From positions 1-37,131 of the IMG/VR virus record IMGVR_UViG_3300018080_001739: a stretch of 37,131 bases of DNA, one strand, 5' to 3'. The stretch is from a virus. Taxonomy: Duplodnaviria; Caudoviricetes. Below the pieces are notes generated by a model, which had not been told where the DNA came from, ran no database searches, and saw only the letters and a program-made list of their open reading frames with translations. This document shows, piece after piece, positions 17,942 to 26,365 of the stretch; positions within the stretch are counted from its first letter, which is position 1; every line of letters starts with the position of its first letter. The position numbers were made by a program, and so were the translations under genes.

Positions 17942-18667
17942 ATGGATTTAGAAGCATTAAGGGATGATGTGGCATTTCTCACATCAACCAGTACAAATGA
18001 ATATAGTTCGGCTGACAGGAATACGAATATAAATAGTTGGTATCGTAATGTTGTTTCGTTTATCTTGTCATCACACGAATACTTTGATTTTTCAGAAGAA
18101 GAAGCCTATACGAATCTCGTTGCCAATCAAAAGGAGTATGCTTTTCCGGCAGACTTGCTTGAGATTAAACGGGTTCGTGTAAAACTTGACGGGACTTGGC
18201 GGGTAGCTCGTCCGTTTGACCCGCATAATACAGGGGAACCTCTTGATTCAACATCGGTTACAGATGATTTTGATAATGCTCGCCCTTATTATGACGTGAG
18301 AGATACGGCAGGGACGACATATATTGTCCTATACCCACCGTCAACCTCAAACGTAACAGATGGTCTCTATATATTTTATAAGTATCTGGCTTCGGATATG
18401 TCGAATGATACTGACGAACCGGTGTTTGCAGAGCCGTTTCATCGGGTGCTTGCTTATGGGGCATCGTATGACTGGGCAATTAAAAATGAACGTTTCCCGC
18501 TTGCGGATCGCCTAAAGGCAAATATTGAACAGATGAAAATGGAACTTAAAGACTTCTATTCGGTGCGTCAGGAACATCAGATGAAGTATATGCAACCAAC
18601 ACCAGCTTATTATAAGAATTATGAAAATCCCCATTCACCAAGACAGGGGGTAAACATATCAAAATAG
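17942..18667 (+). CDS. Head-tail adaptor protein
   Basis: LVANQKEYAFPAD, LYPP, DEPVFAEPFHRVLAYGA; typical size and position. Confidence 0.7.
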   Translation: MDLEALRDDVAFLTSTSTNEYSSADRNTNINSWYRNVVSFILSSHEYFDFSEEEAYTNLVANQKEYAFPADLLEIKRVRVKLDGTWRVARPFDPHNTGEPLDSTSVTDDFDNARPYYDVRDTAGTTYIVLYPPSTSNVTDGLYIFYKYLASDMSNDTDEPVFAEPFHRVLAYGASYDWAIKNERFPLADRLKANIEQMKMELKDFYSVRQEHQMKYMQPTPAYYKNYENPHSPRQGVNISK

Positions 18668-18668
18668 T

Positions 18669-19586
18669 ATGAAAATTAAACTTGTTTGCAATCAGCAAAT
18701 AGGGGATTGTATGAAGACAACGACAGTCGCCAAATTGTTTCACGAGCAATACCCGCACATTAAAATTGAAACTGCAATGAGCCATCCTTGCGTGTATGAC
18801 AACAATCCATATATAGAGGCGTTGGAACCCAGAGTACAGGACGGAGCGGAAGATAAGACCTTAAATGTTGTCTGTCGCCAAGATGACGAGGAGGGGAATT
18901 TGGATAACCCGTATTCAATCCACAAATTAAGTGAGAATAACGCAACATTCACGGAGGGGATGGTCGGATATATAAACGCAAAGTACGGATTTGAACTTAA
19001 GGTTACCGAAAATAAACCAGATATCCACTTGTCGGATAAAGAGAAGAAACCAATTAAGGGGTTGCCTAAAAAGTATTGGGTAGTAAATACAGGAGGCGAG
19101 GCAAAGAATACCCGCAAGATATATCCCCGCAAATACTGGGAAGAGATATTTAAAGCGTGTCCTGACGTAACGTTTGTACAGACGGGAATTTCAAAAGATT
19201 TACACAGACCCTTTGAGGAAAAGAACGTGATAAATAGAATTGACAAGGATGATGTACGGGAGACTCTGCGACTTATCTATCACAGTTCGGGGGTAATAAC
19301 ACCGATTAGCTTTACAATGCACGGAGCGGCGGCGTTTGAGAAGCCTTGTATCACACTTGCAGGAGGCGGAGAACACGTCTCGTGGGAGAATTACGAATAT
19401 GACGGGTTCCATTATCTGCACACAATAGGAAGTTTTCCGTGCTGTTCGGGTGGTGGTTGCTGGAAAGACAAGTGCGATAACACAGAGGAGGACGGAACAC
19501 AAAAATGTATGGAACTCATTAAACCTAAAATAGTAACCGATTTAATATGGAAACACTCGGAAGCCTCTGCGACAAGCTCTCAATAA
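18669..19586 (+). CDS. GT9-like (heptosyltransferase-like) glycosyltransferase with a C-terminal Cys cluster
   Basis: IGDCM, NNPYI, RKIYP..WEEI, FVQTG, SFTMHGAAAFEKP, CCSGGGCWKDKC..KCM. Confidence 0.72.
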   Translation: MKIKLVCNQQIGDCMKTTTVAKLFHEQYPHIKIETAMSHPCVYDNNPYIEALEPRVQDGAEDKTLNVVCRQDDEEGNLDNPYSIHKLSENNATFTEGMVGYINAKYGFELKVTENKPDIHLSDKEKKPIKGLPKKYWVVNTGGEAKNTRKIYPRKYWEEIFKACPDVTFVQTGISKDLHRPFEEKNVINRIDKDDVRETLRLIYHSSGVITPISFTMHGAAAFEKPCITLAGGGEHVSWENYEYDGFHYLHTIGSFPCCSGGGCWKDKCDNTEEDGTQKCMELIKPKIVTDLIWKHSEASATSSQ

Positions 19587-19771
19587 TGAATCTTAAGCTC
19601 TGGCACTTGGAGGATATTAAACATGACCCCAAAGCCAGCGACAAAGAAGTGGCGGATGCGGCAAGGAAGATTGCGGTAGCTAATAAACAGCGTAACGCTT
19701 TAATTCAAGAAATTGACGAGATGGCGTCAAAGGGAGAATTTCCGGTTTATGACCAAATCAAAATGTACTAA
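19547..19771 (+). CDS. DUF4254-like small helical protein
   Basis: ETLGSLCDKLSIMNLKLWHLED..NKQRNALIQEID. Confidence 0.6.
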   Translation: METLGSLCDKLSIMNLKLWHLEDIKHDPKASDKEVADAARKIAVANKQRNALIQEIDEMASKGEFPVYDQIKMY

Positions 19772-20267
19772 GACGATTATTGTACTTGGAATGCCAAGGT
19801 CGTTTACTTCGGTTGTTGCGGGTGGACTTTCTGCGGTGGGGGTTGATATGGGACGATACTTGGTAGGGCGGGATTTTTCAAACCCGACAGGGCATTTTGA
19901 AAACAAAGCCTTCGTTGATATGAACAAAAGAATTCTTACTTGGGCAGGGGGAGCTTGGAACAGATTGCCTCCAAGAGAGAAGATACTGGAGTTTCCCCAT
20001 AAGGATGAGATAAAGGATTTAGTAAAAAACTGTAAGAATGAATTTTGGGGATGGAAAGACCCCAGAATGGCGGCAACAGTTGAGTTATACCTCCCTTATG
20101 TGGACGACCCGATATTCATTGTCTGTTACAGGGGGTTTGAGGAGACGGCACAATCTATTGCAAGGCGTGATAGGGTGAGTATCGTCCATGCACGCAAGAT
20201 TGTAAGGGGTTATCAAAAACGAATAAGTGAATTTTTAGAAAGATTTTATGCAGGGGAAAGTATATAA
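19749..20267 (+). CDS. PAPS-dependent sulfotransferase family protein
   Basis: IVLGMPRSFTS (5'-PSB loop), NPTGHFEN, WGWKDPR, YR...AQSI; start 19749 or 19713. Confidence 0.8.
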   Translation: MTKSKCTKTIIVLGMPRSFTSVVAGGLSAVGVDMGRYLVGRDFSNPTGHFENKAFVDMNKRILTWAGGAWNRLPPREKILEFPHKDEIKDLVKNCKNEFWGWKDPRMAATVELYLPYVDDPIFIVCYRGFEETAQSIARRDRVSIVHARKIVRGYQKRISEFLERFYAGESI

Positions 20268-20760
20268 ATATTTTGAAAAACATGTAAAAGAAAAGGAGCT
20301 TGGGGATAAAAAGGTTTTAGATGTCGGCTCACTTCACATAAATGGTTCGTTAAAGCCTTTGTTTACCGATTACACGGGACTTGATATGAGAGCGGGGAAG
20401 AATGTTGACGTGGTGGCAAACGCCCATAAGATACCCTTTGAGGACGAATCATTCGAGGTTGTTACTTGTGCGGAAATGCTTGAGCATGATGATTGTCCCT
20501 TTATTACGATGGGTGAAATTTACAGAGTATTAAAACCCGAGGGCTGGTGTATCCTAGCGGCGAGCGGGATATATTTTAGGAAACACGAGCATCCTGCCGA
20601 TTATTGGAGATTTACGGCAGAGGGAATGGGAGTGCTTTTAAAACAATTTGAGAATGTAGAAACCCATGAGGACAGAGACGAGGCTTATGGGATAGGACAA
20701 AAACTATGCAACTTCTCACAACAACTGGCTTCACGACAGGCTGTTACGGCGAATGGTTAA
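20248..20760 (+). CDS. Class I SAM-dependent methyltransferase
   Basis: VLDVGS, YTGLD, PFEDESFEVV, MLEH, RVLKPEG, DYWRFT. Confidence 0.88.
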   Translation: MQGKVYKYFEKHVKEKELGDKKVLDVGSLHINGSLKPLFTDYTGLDMRAGKNVDVVANAHKIPFEDESFEVVTCAEMLEHDDCPFITMGEIYRVLKPEGWCILAASGIYFRKHEHPADYWRFTAEGMGVLLKQFENVETHEDRDEAYGIGQKLCNFSQQLASRQAVTANG

Positions 20761-21212
20761 ATACCATAATGGAATCATCGCCCTCGGAATGGGTGATGAT
20801 ACACGACCACGATATATTTTTGATAGACCCTGATTGGTACAATATCATTTTGGGGCATATCCACGATAATCCGGACGCAGGACTTTTTGTGGCAGTAACA
20901 AATAGAATCGGCAATCCCCAGCAGAAAGTTAAGACAGATATGCATAACCACGACCTTACCTATCACGCACATATTGCAAGACAAGTTAAAGGAAAACCTC
21001 TTATAGAAGCAACTCGTCCAATATCAGGAGTTGTAATGGTAACCTCCAAGACAGCTTGGAAGATAGCGGGAGGATTTAGACCTTGCGGGACAATAGGAAC
21101 GGATACAAACTATTACGGGAAATTAAAAGAAGTGGGTTATAAAACATACATAATGCAGGACTTATATGTCTATCACAAGTACAGGGCGGATTTATGCAAG
21201 CCAAAGGATTGA
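20706..21212 (+). CDS. GT-A (GT2-like) glycosyltransferase, compact
   Basis: HDHD (DxD), ISGVVMV..AW..AGGF, GTD, YVYH. Confidence 0.7.
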   Translation: MQLLTTTGFTTGCYGEWLNTIMESSPSEWVMIHDHDIFLIDPDWYNIILGHIHDNPDAGLFVAVTNRIGNPQQKVKTDMHNHDLTYHAHIARQVKGKPLIEATRPISGVVMVTSKTAWKIAGGFRPCGTIGTDTNYYGKLKEVGYKTYIMQDLYVYHKYRADLCKPKD

Positions 21213-22083
21213 TGGCGGAGGCAACCAATCACCGAGAAGACTTGCCAAACTCGGATATGAGCTTACAGACTTAAACGGCGATTGGGAGCAGGGAGCGGAT
21301 TATCAGGTATGGTACATGAATGATGACATCTATCGGTTAAACAAAGAGAAACGGGATAAATTTGAGAGGGTGCTTGCAACCGCAAAAGACATCAAGGTAG
21401 TTTTAAACTTTGTTATCGGGGATACTCACAGACAAGACTGGGTTTTAAAATATCCAGTAAGTAAGATAATTTTTTTAAACAACGAGAAGAAAAGGGATTG
21501 GGAGGGGAAAGTAAAGGGTACGGCAAAGGAGATGATACCGACCGAACAGATGTTTGCTCCGATAGATATTGAAAAGTTTACAGGGGGAAAATCTAAAAGC
21601 GACAAGTTAAGAATTGGGAGGCATTCAAGGATAAGCCTGAAGTATCCCGAAGACCCTTGCAGTTTATACAGGAAGTTAGATACTAAGGAGCGAGAATTTC
21701 ACTTTATGCTTGCTCATCCTAAGATAGCTCGGGAATTCCCTCATTTTAAGTGTTATGGGTGGAATGAGAAGCCCGTAGAGGAGTTTTTAGCCGATATAGA
21801 CATATATCTTGCAATAATTCATCCTAAGACAAAGGAACAAGGAGGGCGGTCAAATATGGAGGCAATGGCTAGTGGATGCTTGGTGATAGTGGAAGACAGA
21901 GACGGCCCGCAGGATTATATAAAGCACGGCAAGACAGGATTTTTGGTAAAGAGTGAAGATGAGGCAGTAGACATTATAAATAACTTAACAAAAGACGAGA
22001 TAAAGCGTATTGGGGCAAATGCTCGCAAATACGCAATAGATAATTTTAAAATAGATTTATGGCAAAAAAAATTATTAAAGTAA
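21166..22083 (+). CDS. GT-B (GT4-like) glycosyltransferase
   Basis: IGRHSR, EQGGRSNMEAMASG, IKHGKTGFL. Confidence 0.8.
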   Translation: MSITSTGRIYASQRIDGGGNQSPRRLAKLGYELTDLNGDWEQGADYQVWYMNDDIYRLNKEKRDKFERVLATAKDIKVVLNFVIGDTHRQDWVLKYPVSKIIFLNNEKKRDWEGKVKGTAKEMIPTEQMFAPIDIEKFTGGKSKSDKLRIGRHSRISLKYPEDPCSLYRKLDTKEREFHFMLAHPKIAREFPHFKCYGWNEKPVEEFLADIDIYLAIIHPKTKEQGGRSNMEAMASGCLVIVEDRDGPQDYIKHGKTGFLVKSEDEAVDIINNLTKDEIKRIGANARKYAIDNFKIDLWQKKLLK

Positions 22084-22511
22084 AAATCAAGAAAGAAAAA
22101 AAGGACGGTGCAACACAGTTTACCTATCCTAAGGTATGTCAGGATAACAACCACAGCCAGCACGTAACCTATGTTGCCTATGAGGCGGACGCAAGCAATT
22201 ATCCAGCCGACTACGCTGATGGAGGTAAGATTGTAGAAGAGTATGCGGTTGGCGTTATTGAAGAGGGGGACGTCTTTAACGCTCTTGTCGCAGACGATGA
22301 TATTGAGGAGATGAATGAAACAGATGCAAATACCTTTGGAAAAACCTGGAAACCGCAGGTTACAAAAATTACTGACGAACAAAAGGTAATTCTTATTCTC
22401 GCAAAGGAGGAGAAGGATAGGACACAGGAAGAAAAAGACGCTCTTGACCCCGAGAATGAGGAGGAAGGTATAAATAAAACACCAGAATTTAATATCACAA
22501 AATGGCTGTAA
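22059..22511 (+). CDS. Hypothetical acidic protein
   Basis: 150-aa ORF overlapping both neighbours. Confidence 0.6.
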   Translation: MAKKIIKVKIKKEKKDGATQFTYPKVCQDNNHSQHVTYVAYEADASNYPADYADGGKIVEEYAVGVIEEGDVFNALVADDDIEEMNETDANTFGKTWKPQVTKITDEQKVILILAKEEKDRTQEEKDALDPENEEEGINKTPEFNITKWL

Positions 22512-23125
22512 AAAAGAAAATATACGTTGCGGTTCTAAATCAGGGATGGGTTAGGGTTGAGGTTGCAACCTTGATGCACAGGATGGCGTGCGATTCCAGA
22601 TTTGACGTGAAGATAACCCACCCAATGCACAAGCCCGTAGACGCAAATCATAATATCGCCGTAAAGGAATTTTTAAAAACAGATTGTGATTATATGTTTA
22701 TTATGGGAGATGACAGTGCGTGTTATAAAAATCCGCTTGACCTTGTGCTTTTGGATAAGGATATAATCGTCTGCCCTACTCCGCAATGGAATGATACCTG
22801 CAAAGAATATCCAATGTATCACATCGCTATGGACTGGGATGAAAAAGAGAAAGGCTGGAAAGAACATACCGAAAAGGAAGGGTTACAAGAAGTTGATGCG
22901 GTTGGAAGTGCAAACATACTTATCGCAAGGCGTGTTTTAGAAAAAATAGAGGCCCCCTTTATGAGGAAGTGGGGCAAGGACGGTATACCAGAAGAGGGAT
23001 TGGATTTTAGATTTTGTAAGCGAGCCAAAGAGGCGGGATTTAGGGTATGGGCGCATTACGATTATCTGGCGTGCCATTATAACGAATTAAACATGATGGA
23101 CGTAATAAAATTTAAGTATGGCTAA
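22502..23125 (+). CDS. GT-A-fold glycosyltransferase-like protein
   Basis: HN..VKEFL..CDYMFIMGDD, EVDAVG, LDFRFC..A..AGF..H. Confidence 0.7.
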   Translation: MAVKKKIYVAVLNQGWVRVEVATLMHRMACDSRFDVKITHPMHKPVDANHNIAVKEFLKTDCDYMFIMGDDSACYKNPLDLVLLDKDIIVCPTPQWNDTCKEYPMYHIAMDWDEKEKGWKEHTEKEGLQEVDAVGSANILIARRVLEKIEAPFMRKWGKDGIPEEGLDFRFCKRAKEAGFRVWAHYDYLACHYNELNMMDVIKFKYG

Positions 23126-24116
23126 AGGGATAATTTGTACAGATGTTACATCTAAAATATACAGAACAAGCGGTTATTCTGAAACAGTAGCTGACAGTTT
23201 TGCCATTCCTGGGAGTGATGCTTATGGTTTTGCGTGGGATGACCCAAATCTACTTTCGCAGGATTATGGAACTGATTTAGTGTATAAACATTCTGGTTTC
23301 ACTTCTACGATTTCGGGAACCTTTGCTTCAACAAATAAACACGGTATTGCTTGGGATGGTACTAATGTTCTTCAAGTAGATGATAATAATGACACAGCTT
23401 GGAAATATTCAGGTTTTTCTGCGACAGTCGCTGATTCGTTTAGCCTCCCAGCAGGCATTCAAGATTGTGATTGGGATGGAACTGATTTTATAATTTTAGA
23501 TAGAAGCAATACTGATGCGGTTAAATATTCAGGATTTTCATCAACGGTTAAATCGTCTTTTAATACATCGGCAGCAATAGACGATACTTATAGAGGCATA
23601 TGCTGGTCAACGGATGATAGTGATACTCTTGCAATGGGTGAAGATTCTAGCAATAACGATTATGTTTATCGGTTCAGTGGGTTTACTAGTACTCTAGGCA
23701 GTAGTTTTAGCGTAAATACACTGGGGCCGAACTTAAATATAATGGGTTATTATCCAGAAGAATCAAGTTCATCTTCTAGCTCATCTTCCTCGTCTTCAAG
23801 TAGTTCATCGAGTTCATCATCGAGTTCCAGTTCATCATCTTCGAGCAGTAGTTCATCGTCAAGTTCGTCATCTTCAGAATCTTCATCATCTAGCTCATCG
23901 TCCTCATCGTCTTCTTCCTCATCGTCAGAATCTTCCAGTTCGTCATCATCAAGTTCCACAAGTTCATCTTCTAGCTCATCATCATCAAGTTCCTCGTCTT
24001 CAAGTTCTTCATCCTCTAGTTCATCAAGTTCATCAACAGCTTGCACGAATTGGACTAAACGAACAAAACCCACTTCTCTGTGGACTAAAAGAGATAGAAT
24101 ACGTGTATGCCCATAA
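23118..24116 (+). CDS. Putative virion protein: beta-propeller head, poly-Ser stalk and basic Trp-containing tail
   Basis: Five [YWV][KR]xSG[FY]xxT repeats spaced ~40 aa apart; 91-codon Ser tract; C-terminal WTKRTKPTSLWTKR. Confidence 0.8.
   Translation: MAKGIICTDVTSKIYRTSGYSETVADSFAIPGSDAYGFAWDDPNLLSQDYGTDLVYKHSGFTSTISGTFASTNKHGIAWDGTNVLQVDDNNDTAWKYSGFSATVADSFSLPAGIQDCDWDGTDFIILDRSNTDAVKYSGFSSTVKSSFNTSAAIDDTYRGICWSTDDSDTLAMGEDSSNNDYVYRFSGFTSTLGSSFSVNTLGPNLNIMGYYPEESSSSSSSSSSSSSSSSSSSSSSSSSSSSSSSSSSSSSSESSSSSSSSSSSSSSSSESSSSSSSSSTSSSSSSSSSSSSSSSSSSSSSSSSSTACTNWTKRTKPTSLWTKRDRIRVCP
23763..24035 (+). repeat. Poly-serine tract (88 Ser in 91 codons)
   Basis: All six Ser codons mixed; interrupted by two Glu and one Thr. 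Confidence 0.9.
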
Positions 24117-25552
24117 TTAGAATAAACAACTGGTCAGGGGGTCTCTCTGATTCAATATATCGAGGTGCAAAGGGGACATTTGCCCCTGAATCTTATGGTT
24201 TGGATATTCACGATGAGCCGGGTGTCCTTAAGAGTGGCTGGGCTTTGGCTAAAGATTCCGGTTCGACTGTTACCGATCTTGTTATTTGGTCATTCCAAGG
24301 AACGGATGGCTCAACTTATTTTGGTGGAGATGCCGGTAAACTTTACAAAAGAACCTCTGGAGGTGCTTGGAGTAATGTATGGACAGACGGTGGAGCGGCA
24401 AGAATCACAGGGTTTATAGAATATAACGGCAATTTTTACTGGAGTACATCAGCCAAACTTTATAAAATGGCGATAGGCGGGGATTGGTCGGCCGGTATTA
24501 CAATCTATGATTATACCGCAGGAGCATGGCAGGCGGCTGGTACCACGTGGCAATCAGATGAGATAGATACCTCATGGCATCCAATGGTAGTAATGCCATC
24601 AGGTGATTTGGCGATAGGAGCGGGTAGATATATAACAACTGTTGATACAGCCGATGCGGTAACACTTCAGGCTCTTACGCTCCCTGTAGGATGGAAAGTA
24701 AGGGATTTGGCTTATCAATCAGATTATACGGTTATTGGAGCATGGAAAGGTGATGAAATAAACGAGGGTATGATATTTTATTGGGATGGTTACGCTGATG
24801 TTGGATATACTCCCGTGCCTGTAGGCGAGGGAAAAGTAAATGCCCTGTTTTCTAACGGTTCAGCTCTTATTGCGTCTGTAGGCGATAGAGGGAATATTTA
24901 TAGCGTCTCACAGCAAGGTCTAAGGCTTTTAAAACGTTTTCCGGGTACATACAAGACATCTGACAGGGTAGACGTGTATCCAAGTGCAATAGATGATTAT
25001 AGGGGCGTATATCTTTTAGGTGCCTCTCTTGATGCTAACAGTCCGTGCCTTGAGGGGGTTTATTCTTTAGGGTCGCCAAATGTAGGCTATCCTACGGCTC
25101 TTAATTTTGATTATAGGGTCTCAACAAACAATACAAGCAACATAGTCGTAGGATCGGTTTTAGGGGTAAGCGGGGATTTATATGTGTCATGGAAAGATAC
25201 TACCACAGGAACATCTTACGGGGTTGATAAACTTTCTGCGACTACCAAGGCTCAAGGCTTTTTATTAACACAAAATCTCTGGCAGAATCGTCCTAAAAGA
25301 CAACTTTTAAAAGTATATTTAACATTTGAACCCCTCCCTGCAAGTTGTGGAATTAGGGTTAGGGTACAAAAAAATACGTCAGGAACATGGACGCAGATTG
25401 CCAATCATACTACTGCAGATACGACAGAACTTTTGATAAATCAGAATATTCCGGCACATACCCTGCAGATGGATTTTCTTTTATCTCCAAATTCAACTAA
25501 CACTCCGAGAATAACATCTATTGATATTGAATATGGCGACACAAAAATCTAA
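24107..25552 (+). CDS. Tail nozzle / tubular protein (P22 gp10-like beta-propeller)
   Basis: NNWSGGL N-terminus, beta-rich 481 aa, PRITSIDIEY end; podoviral position. Confidence 0.65.
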   Translation: MPIIRINNWSGGLSDSIYRGAKGTFAPESYGLDIHDEPGVLKSGWALAKDSGSTVTDLVIWSFQGTDGSTYFGGDAGKLYKRTSGGAWSNVWTDGGAARITGFIEYNGNFYWSTSAKLYKMAIGGDWSAGITIYDYTAGAWQAAGTTWQSDEIDTSWHPMVVMPSGDLAIGAGRYITTVDTADAVTLQALTLPVGWKVRDLAYQSDYTVIGAWKGDEINEGMIFYWDGYADVGYTPVPVGEGKVNALFSNGSALIASVGDRGNIYSVSQQGLRLLKRFPGTYKTSDRVDVYPSAIDDYRGVYLLGASLDANSPCLEGVYSLGSPNVGYPTALNFDYRVSTNNTSNIVVGSVLGVSGDLYVSWKDTTTGTSYGVDKLSATTKAQGFLLTQNLWQNRPKRQLLKVYLTFEPLPASCGIRVRVQKNTSGTWTQIANHTTADTTELLINQNIPAHTLQMDFLLSPNSTNTPRITSIDIEYGDTKI

Positions 25553-26348
25553 AATTACAGATCCGGAAAGTTGGCAGGATACTAAGGATACTCCTGAATC
25601 TTGGACACCCACGGTTGAGCCTTTGGGTGATATACAGCGGGAAGTTTTGGATGAACTTGCAACTAAGAAATTTGGTGTTGTCATATCTCCTATTTTTAAA
25701 ACAGCGTCAGGTGGTGAGAGAATACAGATAAATAAGGGTGCGATGAAAGCATATGATGACGATAATGATATAGTGTGGCAACTCTTGCAGAATACTAACG
25801 ATAATATTTTAACTTTAAATAAGGGTGATTCTGACGGTTATGGGAATGCAATAAATATTCAGGATGATAGTGATGACAGTAACGCTTCTTTAAACATTGA
25901 GTTTACCGGTAACAGTGCGACAAAGGATTTGATACACTTGGAGCTTATGAGTACGATGACGCAAGCTCGGGTGGGGCAGAGTATTGAACTTGAGGGCGGT
26001 ACAGTTGATTCTCTTTATTCGGGACACGCAAAGGCAGGGACACTTTCAACTTCAGTAGGATATTTTGAAAATGATACGGATTCAGGACGTGCTGTTTATG
26101 GATGGAACGATAGTGCAGACAACGCAGATACGGCTTTCTTTTTTAGAGTAGACAAGGCAGTTTCAACTAATTTTTATAAAGTAGGACAATTAAGTGGTGC
26201 GGCTGCCGTCCAGCCTACTATATGGGTTTGTAATGGGAATGACCCCAACGGAACGCTTACAGGTACGTCAGGAGACATTTGCTTTGGAACAGACGGGGCA
26301 GGAAATGGACTTCTCAAGGTTTGCACTAGTGGGACTACTTGGGTATAA
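25533..26348 (+). CDS. Putative tail fibre/needle-like structural protein
   Basis: Beta-rich; C-terminal DPNGTLTGTSGD...KVCTSGTTW. Confidence 0.5.
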   Translation: MATQKSKITDPESWQDTKDTPESWTPTVEPLGDIQREVLDELATKKFGVVISPIFKTASGGERIQINKGAMKAYDDDNDIVWQLLQNTNDNILTLNKGDSDGYGNAINIQDDSDDSNASLNIEFTGNSATKDLIHLELMSTMTQARVGQSIELEGGTVDSLYSGHAKAGTLSTSVGYFENDTDSGRAVYGWNDSADNADTAFFFRVDKAVSTNFYKVGQLSGAAAVQPTIWVCNGNDPNGTLTGTSGDICFGTDGAGNGLLKVCTSGTTWV

Positions 26349-26365
26349 AATAATAATTTAAAATT

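Noticed and set aside
10085-23125. Host O-antigen or capsule island misassembled into a phage contig
   Set aside because: Genes overlap phage structural genes, the adaptor gene sits in the middle, and wzx/wzy/ABC export genes are absent.
23763-24035. Possible CRISPR array or tandem DNA repeat
   Set aside because: No fixed repeat unit or spacers; synonymous codons vary.
23750-24073. Minus-strand D/E/L-rich ORF
   Set aside because: Antisense shadow of the Ser codons.
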